A DNA stretch of 64,000 bases from Geosiphon pyriformis uo1. Lineage: Eukaryota > Fungi > Glomeromycota. The DNA is taken from positions 1,448,206 to 1,512,205 of the forward strand of contig JAAOMT010000523.1 of the NCBI GenBank assembly GCA_016748015.1, read 5' to 3'. Made by a program: the position numbers and the translations under genes. Position 1 is the stretch's first letter. Each line of letters starts with the position of its first letter. Below are positions 52,601 to 64,000 of the stretch, one piece after another. The notes below the pieces were generated by a model that did not search any database, was not told the DNA's origin, and saw only the letters and a list, made by a program, of their open reading frames with translations.

Positions 52601-54568
52601 TTTAAAATTTTTAAACATTATTTATAAGGTTGAACTTGTTAAATTTTTATTATTACTTAAAAATCGAAAATCTGTTATGGCTTTAGTTTTGTTTTTGCTC
52701 TTATTACTGCTGTTTTTATAAGTTTTTTTTGATAGATTTATTAAATTTTTTTGAAATATTAAGTAAAGTTATTACTATCAAGTTAATGTTTGTTAACTTA
52801 TAACAGTTTATTTAAAACTTTGAATTTGTTGACTTTGTTTTTGCTTACTGATTAGTTCTGGTAAAAAAAAAAATGTTAAAATTTTTTTGAATTAAAAAAA
52901 GATATTTTTCTTAAAAAATCATTTTAAAATTAAGTTAAACAATTTTTTATTTAATTGTACAGCCTATAAAATTAACAATATAATTATTCAGATACATAAT
53001 TAAACATGTTTTATTTTTAGATTACTTGAATTATACTATTATTTTAATTTATATTATTATTAACTTAACAGTAATTAATAATTTTACAAATTACATTAAT
53101 TATTCAATTATTATTAACACAAAGTTTCAAATTTTTATATTAATTATTACAAATAATTTATATTAATTCACAAGTTTAATTAAATACTATAATTAATTTA
53201 TACAATATTCTAAAATATGTAACACTAAAAATTTCAAGTAGTTCAAACTAAAATTTAAAATAGTTTAAACAAATTTTAAGCAGTTCAAATAAAATTTCAA
53301 GTAATTTCAGATAGTTCAGATAAAATCTAATTAATTCAAAATAATATTTGTAAAAATTTACTAAAATAATAAAAAGTTTTACTGAAATTTACGTTCATTT
53401 CAAAGAAATTCACCAGAATTTTTACGAACCTAAAAATGGTAAACATAATATTACAGATTAAAGCAACATACTAACAGATAACAAAAAAAAGATTATTGTA
53501 TAAAAATAAAAGTAATCAAAAGAAAATAATATAAAAAAGCAAATTGAATGAGAAAATTGATTCGATTAATATAATTAGTCTTATAAAATTACAGTTGCGA
53601 ATTTTTTCAAAAAATCTGAAGGTTAAAAAATAATTTATATTATTAACAAAAGATAACACAGCTAATTATAATTATATATTTAATTAAAGCTTTTAAAAAT
53701 TTAATAATATGTGTTATTGGTTTTTTTTTAAAAAAAAATAGTAATTTTTGTTCTAAAATATTTAGATCAAAAAATATAGAAGAAAATTAGATTATTAATA
53801 TTTAGATAATCAGATATTTTTTTACAGCTTTAGAAAGTTTTATTTCTATATTTTCTAAAAAAAATAGTCAATCCAATTAATAATTGAATTACTAATCAAA
53901 TTATTAATTAAGTCAATAATCAAATTAATTACTAATTTTAAAAATAAAGTAATTAAAATATGTAATATTAATAGCTATTATATATGAGTCACATAATCAA
54001 AATAAATACTATATTAAATTGAAAAAAAATAACGTTTTATGGTTATCATATGAATAAATAGAATGTGATTAATTATATTCATTTGAATTTAATGCTCAAA
54101 AATTGAGAAGTCAATTATTTTTTCAATAGAAAAGTAAAACTTTTCAGGAAAGTTACCGATTTTGCTTACTTAAAACGTTCCAGTATTAAACATATTTTTT
54201 GGTAATAAAAACATAATTCTAAATAGTTTTAAAAAAAATTAATTTTAATTTTGAGTTTTAAGAAATTTTAAGTTTCAAAATTTTATGTGCTTATTTTGTA
54301 CAGAAAATTTAAATTTTCAAATATATCTTTTAATATGCATTAATGAGTGTAACTCAACCGCTATCTACCTACATATATAATATATACATTTTCTATAATC
54401 AACACGGCTCATGCCACCTGGTGTTAATTATTATCCTTATATGAATGCTTGGAATAAATTCGCATTTATCTTCAAAGAAATTTTTCAATGTTAAAATATT
54501 ATTATAAGACAATGACTATTTGGTTTTTTCTTTCAAGGTGAATAAAATTGGTAGAATGTGCATAAAAT

Positions 54569-55511
54569 TTAAACTTGGTCAAAATCCGTTCTTTCTATCA
54601 TCCCAGTGCTAAGAACTCCTCGTTCTCTAATAGAATCGGAATCACACATTATTCTACGGTAAATAATAATTTTTCTCACCCATTCAACAAAATTTTCAGA
54701 AGGTGGTGCTGCTATTATTACTAAAAACGCACTTCTCAGAACGGCATCGAGAGAATCTATAACAGATCTAAAATAAGGCTGACTATCATTAATTATAACA
54801 CAAGATAAATATAAACCTAGATAAAAAAGGGATATGAAGAATATGCTTGCCATATACCAAGTAGCAACAGCGGTATTTTGTGGATCCAAACTTTTTTTTG
54901 TGGTCGAAGTTTTCGCTATAGGATTCAAATGTTGGTAAAATATCGGATAAAAGGTATATGTATAAGTAACAAAAATAGTAACCATTCCGAGAAATCGATG
55001 TGTGTATACTTTTAGATATATAGCGTGCTGAATTTTACAAGCTATTGTTAGCATAGTAAATCCGACACATGAGACGTTAAAAAGTAATATTAAAAGAATG
55101 CTTATTTTAAAAATTATATTATTCCATTTGTCTTTCAGATAAAACTTTCGGCCCATTTGAAGAACCATTATTGATATCGTTGTGGTGTAGATGGCATAAA
55201 CGGCATTTACTCCAACTGCCCTCCATTTATCAGCGGATAAAATACCCCCTTTTAGCTGAATAAAGACTCGCAATACCATTAAAAGACATATTAAAACATT
55301 GGCTAGGAGGCTAGGTTTTAAAAATTAAACATAGAATTGAATTACTTATATTTTAAATAATTATTTGCAAAATTTTATAAAATTTTATAAATTACCAGGT
55401 TATTCTTATCTTTGTATAATTCAGAATACAATGGTAAAACAATATCAATACAAATATTATGCTGAAAAACAATCCAAACGCAAGAATGCAAACTTCGAAT
55501 TGCAATTCCAT
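54569..55511 (-). CDS. Orphan seven-transmembrane (GPCR-like) protein, about 285 aa
   Basis: Exons 55511-55396 and 55310-54569 splice in frame. Seven hydrophobic segments followed by a polar C-terminal tail. Confidence 0.72.
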
Positions 55512-56989
55512 CTGGGATATATTGGATGAAAACCTATGAAAGCCGAAAAATTTGTAGATGTGTAAAAAGTGAAAGAAATCATTGATGATTTAGAAAGATT
55601 GGTACCCTTTATAAAGAATTAATTCGAAGATGCAATGATTAAAATTAAACTGGACTATAAATTTTTTCCGAGTGCAACTGCAACAAGAATTCCTTACGAA
55701 TCGTTTCTTGCATTATGTCATCTTTATAAGCTATCCAATCATCGCCTAGGAATAATCTATTCGCATGAGCGGATCTTCCCGTTTAAATTTCTTGGTCAAC
55801 TCTAATGATCAAATCATCTATCCTAAAAATATAGTTTGCAATACTGTGTGTTACAAGATTTGGTTTCCTAAATTACCAAGTAAGCAGGAGGTCTGACAAA
55901 CCAAAAAGTTCTACCTGCAGCAATCGCGATCTAATATAACAGAAATAGTTTATGCCACCTAAAATAAATTTAAAAATCTGATCTCCCATCGTATGTCACA
56001 AAATTGATGATATTTTTTTTGAAAAACGTTCTCACCCTTGACTCAAATGGCAATTCTAATCATCTATTAGAGAGTGTGGAGGCTTCTGATTATAATTTTT
56101 TTCAAATAAATCTCCATCCATCTAATGTAAAATTTTCATATGGAAAAAGTATAAGATAAAGCCGAAAACCACATTCTGCTAAATATCTTCTTCTTAGCTT
56201 TTTAGATTGGCAATTCAAAAGCCACCAAAGGCAATGATTCCCTTTTAAATAATCTTTGAAATGCGTCATACAAAATGCACTATATTTTAATTCTTTGAAT
56301 TGTTAGTTATCAATTCAATTAAAAGAAAAGCTTTCTAAAAAGCTTAAAGATGCGATTTTATATATCCGGTGCCCATAATTAATTTTTAGAGTACATATAA
56401 TCTGTTTTGGTGGGAGACTCTGAAATTGCATGCCTAACAAGTTTGAACTCTCAATATTATTTAATCTCTTTTCTGATTAAAATCCATTACATGCATGGTT
56501 GTTTGATGAAAGATGGCCTATATACTGGGTATGATTTTAATAATTCCACCTATTCTTTTTATGAACCCTTTTTAAAATTAATTTCTCTTAATTGATAACG
56601 AATATACCGACAGGCAAGAGAATCTTCATCAATTATAATAATAAATTATGTGAAAATTCCCTCTAAAAGAGTGCTTGATGAAAAGACCAGAAATTTTGCT
56701 CAGCAAAGATTCATTCATCGGTCATGAGAAATATGAAACTCCAAAATATTGTATTTGCAAAAAATGCAAAGCAATATCATTGGTGTCAAAAAATGTCACC
56801 AGATACAAATGTGACAAAAAAGCTTAACGATCAACAGACAAAAGTACCACATATTAAACTTTTTCATTTTTTACCCATTTGATAGACTTCATCTCCAGTA
56901 TTTCCAAAGCAGAATTAATTTGCAGCGTTGCACATAATTCAAGGAGCGTAGCAAGCAATAGTTAATCTACATCTGAGTGAGGGTGAACA

Positions 56990-57950
56990 TTCAGTGTCAC
57001 AATTAAGTAAACTTACTAAACTACCTACCTACGATACAAAGAGAATATTGCACAATTGGCAGACATTTAAAATTACTTGAATATATGAAAAACCCTATCA
57101 CTTATTACATCAATGCTTACGAAATTTTCAAAACAGAAATGTGATTAAGGGGCCAAATTTCAACTTGCAACGATAATTGAAGAAAAACTCTATTTCTGAT
57201 GAAAGAGCATTTCAATTGTTCCTAAACACAATTGAACATTGGTAGAAGTGAAAATGTCCCATTTAAAAGATCATACAAAAATTTTTTGCATGGAGCGGTT
57301 TTTGTATGAGGAAAAATTTATTTTGTTTCGGCATATCATGGATATTAAGTCTTACGTTGAAATTTGCAACTGCATTTTGGGAGGTTAATAGGATACTTTA
57401 GAAGAAGTGGCACTATCAACAAGATAATAATCCCAAGCATACAAGTTGAATAGCTAAGACGTTTCTTGCGAAAATGTACTCAAAGTACGGATCTAAATCC
57501 TATTGAAAATCTGAATGCAATCGTTAAATATGAAGTAGAAAACGAATGAGGCAAAACATGAATGAATATTGGAAAACCTATTTAGTAAATTCAATGTCGT
57601 GATGTTGCGCACTGTATATTCCGCATGAAATATTATTTAGTCTCAATGAATTTAGAAGCGATCATGGGCTGCACCTCTTAAATTTAAAATGGGATTATAA
57701 AATAAGGTTTTGACCAATGTAATTCTTGAGTTTTATATTAGTATTTTTTATATGAAAATAATATTATAAGCCCAAAAACAATTTTAAATCACATTATTAA
57801 ATATTTGAAACTATATATTTATTTAACATTTTATTATAACAATCAATTTCTATATTCTGAATTTTTTAATTTGATTTTTTTAGCATTATGTATTGGCGTA
57901 TTCTGTGTATATTGCAAAACTTTTGCACCGTATAATAAACGCATACTGTA
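56990..57950 (+). mobile_element. Decayed Tc1/mariner (DDE) transposon
   Basis: Frame-broken motifs SDERAFQLF (about 57195), AWSGF, WHYQQDNNPKHTS (57408-57450), DLNPIENL (about 57490) and LVNSM. Possible right TIR gcaaaacttttgc...ctgTA at 57914-57950. Confidence 0.82.
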
Positions 57951-60645
57951 CATCTGGGTCTATTCATAAATGATTAAACTTTAATTCTCACACGTGAAGA
58001 AATTTCGTGCTATCATGATATTTGATATAAAGAAGGAAATGTGAGTTGTGTGAAAAGATTTCATTTTTCGAAGAGATTTCTAGTTTTCGTGATATTTTGG
58101 CTTCGGAATGAAATCATTTCTAATATTTCAAATTGTTCTATTTGAGGCTGTCATGGGTTTTGAATTCATTTCAAGGGTTAATGCACAATCGACAACAGCA
58201 TTACTAAACATATCATCACATCATCATGCGAAAATTCATTTTTAGTAGTAACATTAGTTCATTAACAAAATGTCAAATCCCCTTCATGAAAGAAAATAAT
58301 TTAGCACAACAACAAGCTTCAATCTCTTCATTTTCCACAAAATTAAAAAAATTGAGAATTAGCACCGATAATTTACTCATATATATAAATTACTCAAAAC
58401 CTATTTTGAATGATAATGTAACAGAATCAGAATTGGCTCAATTTTGTTCCAAACAACAAATTTCCGAAAAAGGACTTCGATAAATTATGGGAACCACATC
58501 AGGAATGATTATAGAGCTGAAATTGAAACTGGATCAGATATCTCAGATTTTTGTGCTAACGTATTTAACTGGAGGTGTGTATCTAAAATAAATAAAAATT
58601 TTTAAATTCATGTTGGAAATTAATTTTAATTGATTCATAAATTTAAATATTCTAGATTATTGTATATTACAGGCAACAGCCTACACCCAACCATTCACTA
58701 TCTTACCAAACCCTTCTGCCGACATCACGTTCATACCACCTGATGCAATGATATCTTTACTCAATAATAACACTACAAAGATAATTACCCCAGTCCCTGA
58801 AAATATTTTTTGTGACAATTGTTATTTAAAAATTGCAGATATATTTTTCAACTGGACTTTAACCTTTTCCTTAGATATTAAATTTCAATCAAAAGGTAAT
58901 GTTTTGTCGTTTGAGATAAAAGCATTAAGGGTGTTGAAAAGTACGTTATTGATAAAGTGTGGTGAGAAGTCGATATTCAATCTTGGGGGCCAGAGTGTTA
59001 TAAGAACTAGGAAGAATGAGACTATTGGTGAAAGGGAAAATAAATCTATAAAGAAGAGTAAGGGAATAAGTGAGAAGGTTCCGGAAAAAGGTTTTATAAA
59101 AATGTTATCATTAATTTTCGTCAGAGATTTATGGTCATTTTTTCTAAGAACTTTTTAAGGGTGGAAAAACTTTTATTCGAGAAATCTAGACATATTTGCT
59201 CTATTTATTAATAACAAAGAAAATATTTTTATTTCGTATAATCAAAAAACTTGAAANNNNNNNNNNNNNNNNNNNNATGTATTGGCGTATTCTGTGTATA
59301 TTGCAAAACTTTTGCACCGTATAATAAACGCATACTGTACATCTGGGTCTATTCATAAATGATTAAACTTTAATTCTCACACGTGAAGAAATTTCGTGCT
59401 ATCATGATATTTGATATAAAGAAGGAAATGTGAGTTGTGTGAAAAGATTTCATTTTTCGAAGAGATTTCTAGTTTTCGTGATATTTTGGCTTCGGAATGA
59501 AATCATTTCTAATATTTCAAATTGTTCTATTTGAGGCTGTCATGGGTTTTGAATTCATTTCAAGGGTTAATGCACAATCGACAACAGCATTACTAAACAT
59601 ATCATCACATCATCATGCGAAAATTCATTTTTAGTAGTAACATTAGTTCATTAACAAAATGTCAAATCCCCTTCATGAAAGAAAATAATTTAGCACAACA
59701 ACAAGCTTCAATCTCTTCATTTTCCACAAAATTAAAAAAATTGAGAATTAGCACCGATAATTTACTCATATATATAAATTACTCAAAACCTATTTTGAAT
59801 GATAATGTAACAGAATCAGAATTGGCTCAATTTTGTTCCAAACAACAAATTTCCGAAAAAGGACTTCGATAAATTATGGGAACCACATCAGGAATGATTA
59901 TAGAGCTGAAATTGAAACTGGATCAGATATCTCAGATTTTTGTGCTAACGTATTTAACTGGAGGTGTGTATCTAAAATAAATAAAAATTTTTAAATTCAT
60001 GTTGGAAATTAATTTTAATTGATTCATAAATTTAAATATTCTAGATTATTGTATATTACAGGCAACAGCCTACACCCAACCATTCACTATCTTACCAAAC
60101 CCTTCTGCCGACATCACGTTCATACCACCTGATGCAATGATATCTTTACTCAATAATAACACTACAAAGATAATTACCCCAGTCCCTGAAAATATTTTTT
60201 GTGACAATTGTTATTTAAAAATTGCAGATATATTTTTCAACTGGACTTTAACCTTTTCCTTAGATATTAAATTTCAATCAAAAGGTAATGTTTTGTCGTT
60301 TGAGATAAAAGCATTAAGGGTGTTGAAAAGTACGTTATTGATAAAGTGTGGTGAGAAGTCGATATTCAATCTTGGGGGCCAGAGTGTTATAAGAACTAGG
60401 AAGAATGAGACTATTGGTGAAAGGGAAAATAAATCTATAAAGAAGAGTAAGGGAATAAGTGAGAAGGTTCCGGAAAAAGGTTTTATAAAAATGTTATCAT
60501 TAATTTTCGTCAGAGATTTATGGTCATTTTTTCTAAGAACTTTTTAAGGGTGGAAAAACTTTTATTCGAGAAATCTAGACATATTTGCTCTATTTATTAA
60601 TAACAAAGAAAATATTTTTATTTCGTATAATCAAAAAACTTGAAA
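57888..60645. repeat. Apparently identical 1369-bp tandem duplication (57888-59256 and 59277-60645) separated by a 20-N gap
   Basis: Offset 1389 bp, identical ORF translations in both copies, and copy boundaries coincide exactly with the gap edges. Confidence 0.92.
58108..59158 (+). pseudogene. Frame-broken secreted Cys-containing protein (second copy at 59497-60547)
   Basis: Signal-peptide-like MKSFLIFQIVLFEAVMGFEFISRVNAQ, then pieces in different frames (TKCQIP, AQFCSK, IFCDNCYLKIAD, LIKCGEK) with stops and a hydrophobic C-terminus. Confidence 0.5.
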
Positions 60646-60672
60646 TATCTCAATTCAGCTTTTTAGCAAGAA

Positions 60673-62063
60673 ATGTTGCATGATCTTCAAAAAAATTTTT
60701 ATTCAAGCGAACTCTCAAAATTTTGGTGTTTTTATTTCAAGAAAATTCTCATAGCTTTTGCCGCCGCAATTACTCTCGTATTTTTTGCATTTTATCAACA
60801 TGAAAAGTCTTCAAATTTACCAAAGATTCAAAATCGGCAAAATCTTAATAACTCAATATTAGGGAATATTTATTCAAGTAAACAAGACAGAAAATCGCTG
60901 AAAAAAAGTTTAGCAACAAATTTATATTTTGATGACCTGCCGACCAAGCAAATACAAAAGAGTTCAGGCATAAGATATGGTCGAAAATCATTCTACTTTG
61001 CGAATAAAGTTTACTGCTTGCCGTTAAATCAAATGATAAAATTTGCCGACTTTGTCTATGGTAATTTTGGAAATTATTTCAGTGAATTTTTTATAATGGT
61101 CAATCGGTTACAAAATTTGAGCTTTTGAGAACTTTCTCTCGAAAAAATAGGAAAGGTTGAATTATTGAACTCTAGATTGATTATCTATTTAAAAGCACCT
61201 GAAATTCGATATCTATCAACCTGGAATCGTAAACGAAAAAATATTCTTGTCAAATATTCAAATGCAATATCGAGTCTGGATGTGCGAGTTGATTCAATCT
61301 TTTTAGAGCAATATGAAGAAGTAAGGCTTCAGATTCGCAAGCTTTTGATAGAAATTATTAGAGACAAACAATATAAAGGCTTAGATTTGCAAATTACAGG
61401 ACATAGGCTTGCTGGAGGTTGGTTCATTTTCAATAGTCGTCCAATTCAGATTTTAGAAATTAAATTTCACTCTTTTCTTCATCCTGAATCCTCCTAATTG
61501 TTTATTGTACATTAAATAGTCTACGCCATTTTTGCCGTCATGGATATACGCGAACAACCAGGATTGCCTAAAAAAGTAATCTCGGTCGCAACATTCGGCA
61601 CACCACGAATGGGAAATCGTGATTTTGCCAAATACATTAATCAAATTTTACGGTCAAGGATTACGCGATTCACGTTGTTTGACGATCAAATCCCTAGATT
61701 TCCGACACGTGAATTTGATGGTTATTATCATCCAGGCATTGAAGTCTGGAGCTTCATAGAGTGTAATTGTGGACCATCAAAAACCAATCAAATCAGGTAT
61801 TTTCGATGTCTTCCGAATAACGGAAAAGATGGTACTTATGATGAGCATCCAGTAAGGCGAAAATCCTTTAAGAGAGTTATTCATATGATTTCGACAATTT
61901 AATTTCTTGTTTTAAAAATCGAAATTTCATTTCTACGATTTTCCTTTAATAGGATTGTATCAATAGCGAGAAAGAACATGAACCAAGTTTCACGTACGAT
62001 GGCCCATATTTTGGATACTACTTTGGAGATTGTAGATACGCAATGGAAGATATGTTTTTTTGA
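60673..62063 (+). CDS. Class-3 lipase-like protein D with N-terminal anchor or signal, catalytically degenerate (GHRLAG)
   Basis: Exons 60673-61060, 61151-61417, 61520-61851, 61953-62063 (about 365 aa). Motifs ITGHRLAGVYAIF, ATFGTPRMGN, FDDQIPRFP, YYHPGIEVW, TYDGPYFG. Confidence 0.87.
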
Positions 62064-63370
62064 TCGAAACGCTTTTGAGAATTCTCTAGCTTATTAAAAA
62101 ATTGAAAAGACAATTATATAAGATCAATTTTTGAAAAATATTATATAAACTCTGTACATCTCAATATATGAAATCTTTATTTTAAAGAAATAGTCTTAGT
62201 TTATTACATTCCTTTCAAAAACCAAAATTTAATAGTCTTTACCGCTCTGAACAATCATTTAACGAAGAATAATAATGATGATGTGAATTATAGAGGATAT
62301 TTTCAAATTCAAATGACGATTCTAGTTGTAACGTTGAAAAAAAATTTAGCCACCTATAGAGTATTTGGTTTGTATCGCTGTAATCACAAGTTTCTAACTT
62401 ATATAACTGTAGCACTTGAAAGAAAAACTTTGATTTCAAAATCGGATTGTAGACCTTCTTTGAATGAAACATTTAAAAACTGTTGCAACAGAATGTTCTC
62501 TTTCGGAATTTGAAACCAAATTGGAGGAGTTTTCTTGGAAATAATTTATTATGTATTACTTATTTGTATTTTTTTTACATATTTAAACTACAGAGTTAAA
62601 AGTCACATTTTATGAGTCTCATAATAAAAATTTCAAGAAAAACAAAACCTCAAAAAAGATATCCTAAATCTATTCTTAATTCATCAAATCTTTTGGTTAA
62701 CCTGGCATTGTTTATAACGGCCATACTCTGTACATTTTTGAAATAGCTAGTAAGTAAAAATTAGCGAAAACATTTTTGAATAGTTCTGAATATAGTAATT
62801 GGCTTTTTGAGATATAAAAGTACAAATGATTTTTCACAGATTCCTTTTCTTAAATCGAACAAATGTTAAAAGAAAGTGTTTCAAGGCCTTGAACTAGACA
62901 AAATTATAAAAAATTTTCACATCAAGGCAGTTTGTTTGGGTACCTCTTAACTTATAAATATTCAGTTTTTTAAACTTTGGCCATAATTCAGAGGTTGTGC
63001 TCACTTGAAATTTTTTATTTCTCTATTCCAAAAAAAAGATCTCTGCAAAAATTCACTTTGTATTAAATTTATCAGAAAATATTTTCCGACAATTTCAAAG
63101 AATTAAAGATATCTCTGATTTCAAGTATCTAGTAGATTTTCTTTTCTTGAATAAATTTCTATACCATAAGATTCTTTTTTATTTCCTCAACTTTCTAAAA
63201 ATACTTTGCTAAGAATGCTTTCAAATTAGCTCGCATTTGGATAAGGTTTAAGTTATTAAAGAATTGGGGCATTCAGAAGTTATGTTTGAATTTTTAAAAC
63301 AATGCCACTATTTCTTTCTTTCAACTTGATTCCTTTATTCATCCAATGTTAAGATTAGAACTAAGTTATA

Positions 63371-63710
63371 CAGTGGTAAGCAAAAGTTTTAGGAAAAATA
63401 TTTTATAAAGAAAATCACATATTTATGGAGCGAGGGGATACCGTCTGCAAGAGAAATTTAAGCGTCCGACGAACTTTAGCCCAGGGAAAATTACTCCAAA
63501 TATTTTCTATAAATCAATTTGGTTTATAAACTATCAGAAAGAAGCATCAAGTTTTAAAACACAGTTCGAAAACATCTTATCATTCTATTATAAGAATTCT
63601 TTTCTGCTTGCAAAATCTATGTTTAAACCGAGCACAAACAAAAAAAGGATTGAATGGGCACAAAAACACCTTTTATATGAAACGCCGTTCCAACTGTTCC
63701 GAAAATTTTT
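63371..63710 (+). mobile_element. Tc1/mariner left-end fragment
   Basis: TA|cagtggtaagcaaaagtttt resembles a Tc1 left TIR. Downstream remnants EHKQKRIEWAQKHL and ETPFQLFR. Confidence 0.7.
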
Positions 63711-64000
63711 TTATAATTAAAGAAAGGTAGATGAGATTTTACTCCATAATAATAGGGTACAAGGAAAAATTATTAACTTATATAGGTTAAATCTAATAAA
63801 GATTTATTGCTTTTTTTTCTTTCCTTTTAAAACAAATTCTGAATATTGATTTGTATTGATTATATAATGATCATTTTTTCTACCTGGGTAGATAAATAAT
63901 TTTTTGTTTCAACACCACCCCTTACCTAGGAATAAGTCTGTGGTTATAGCCTGTAAGTATACTTATAGTATGGTATGTCAGATTAATAGCCGCAAAAAGA

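Noticed and set aside
47200-54500. Hidden genes or RNA genes in the long AT-rich interval
   Set aside because: Only short low-complexity ORFs; no tRNA, rRNA or protein motif recognisable by eye.

Overview
AT-rich, intron-containing eukaryotic DNA. It is most likely an early-diverging fungus of the Glomeromycota/Mucoromycota type, inferred from short GT-AG introns, SEL1 and kinase-SEL1 genes and CpG-depleted AT deserts. I hand-spliced about 13 genes: a Kelch-repeat membrane protein carrying a frameshift, an intronless SEL1-repeat protein, a secreted 5'-nucleotidase, a PPxY multi-pass membrane protein, four class-3 lipase paralogues, an MLKL-like 4HB-pseudokinase-SEL1 protein, a hypothetical protein, an ICME-like esterase, a GRAM/VASt (LAM) sterol-transfer protein and an orphan 7TM protein. 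The window also holds pseudogenes (MYSM1-like SWIRM, a kinase, a secreted protein), Tc1/mariner remnants, a TA-flanked MITE, a long diverged inverted repeat, a structured 66-bp direct repeat and a 1.37-kb duplication across an N-gap that is probably an assembly artefact. The strongest signals are two. First, three of the four lipase paralogues keep intact, identically spliced ORFs but have lost catalytic-triad residues (candidate pseudo-lipases). Second, an MLKL-architecture pseudokinase fused to SEL1 repeats lies among them. Any functional link between these genes is inference only, and all domain calls come from motif recognition by eye.
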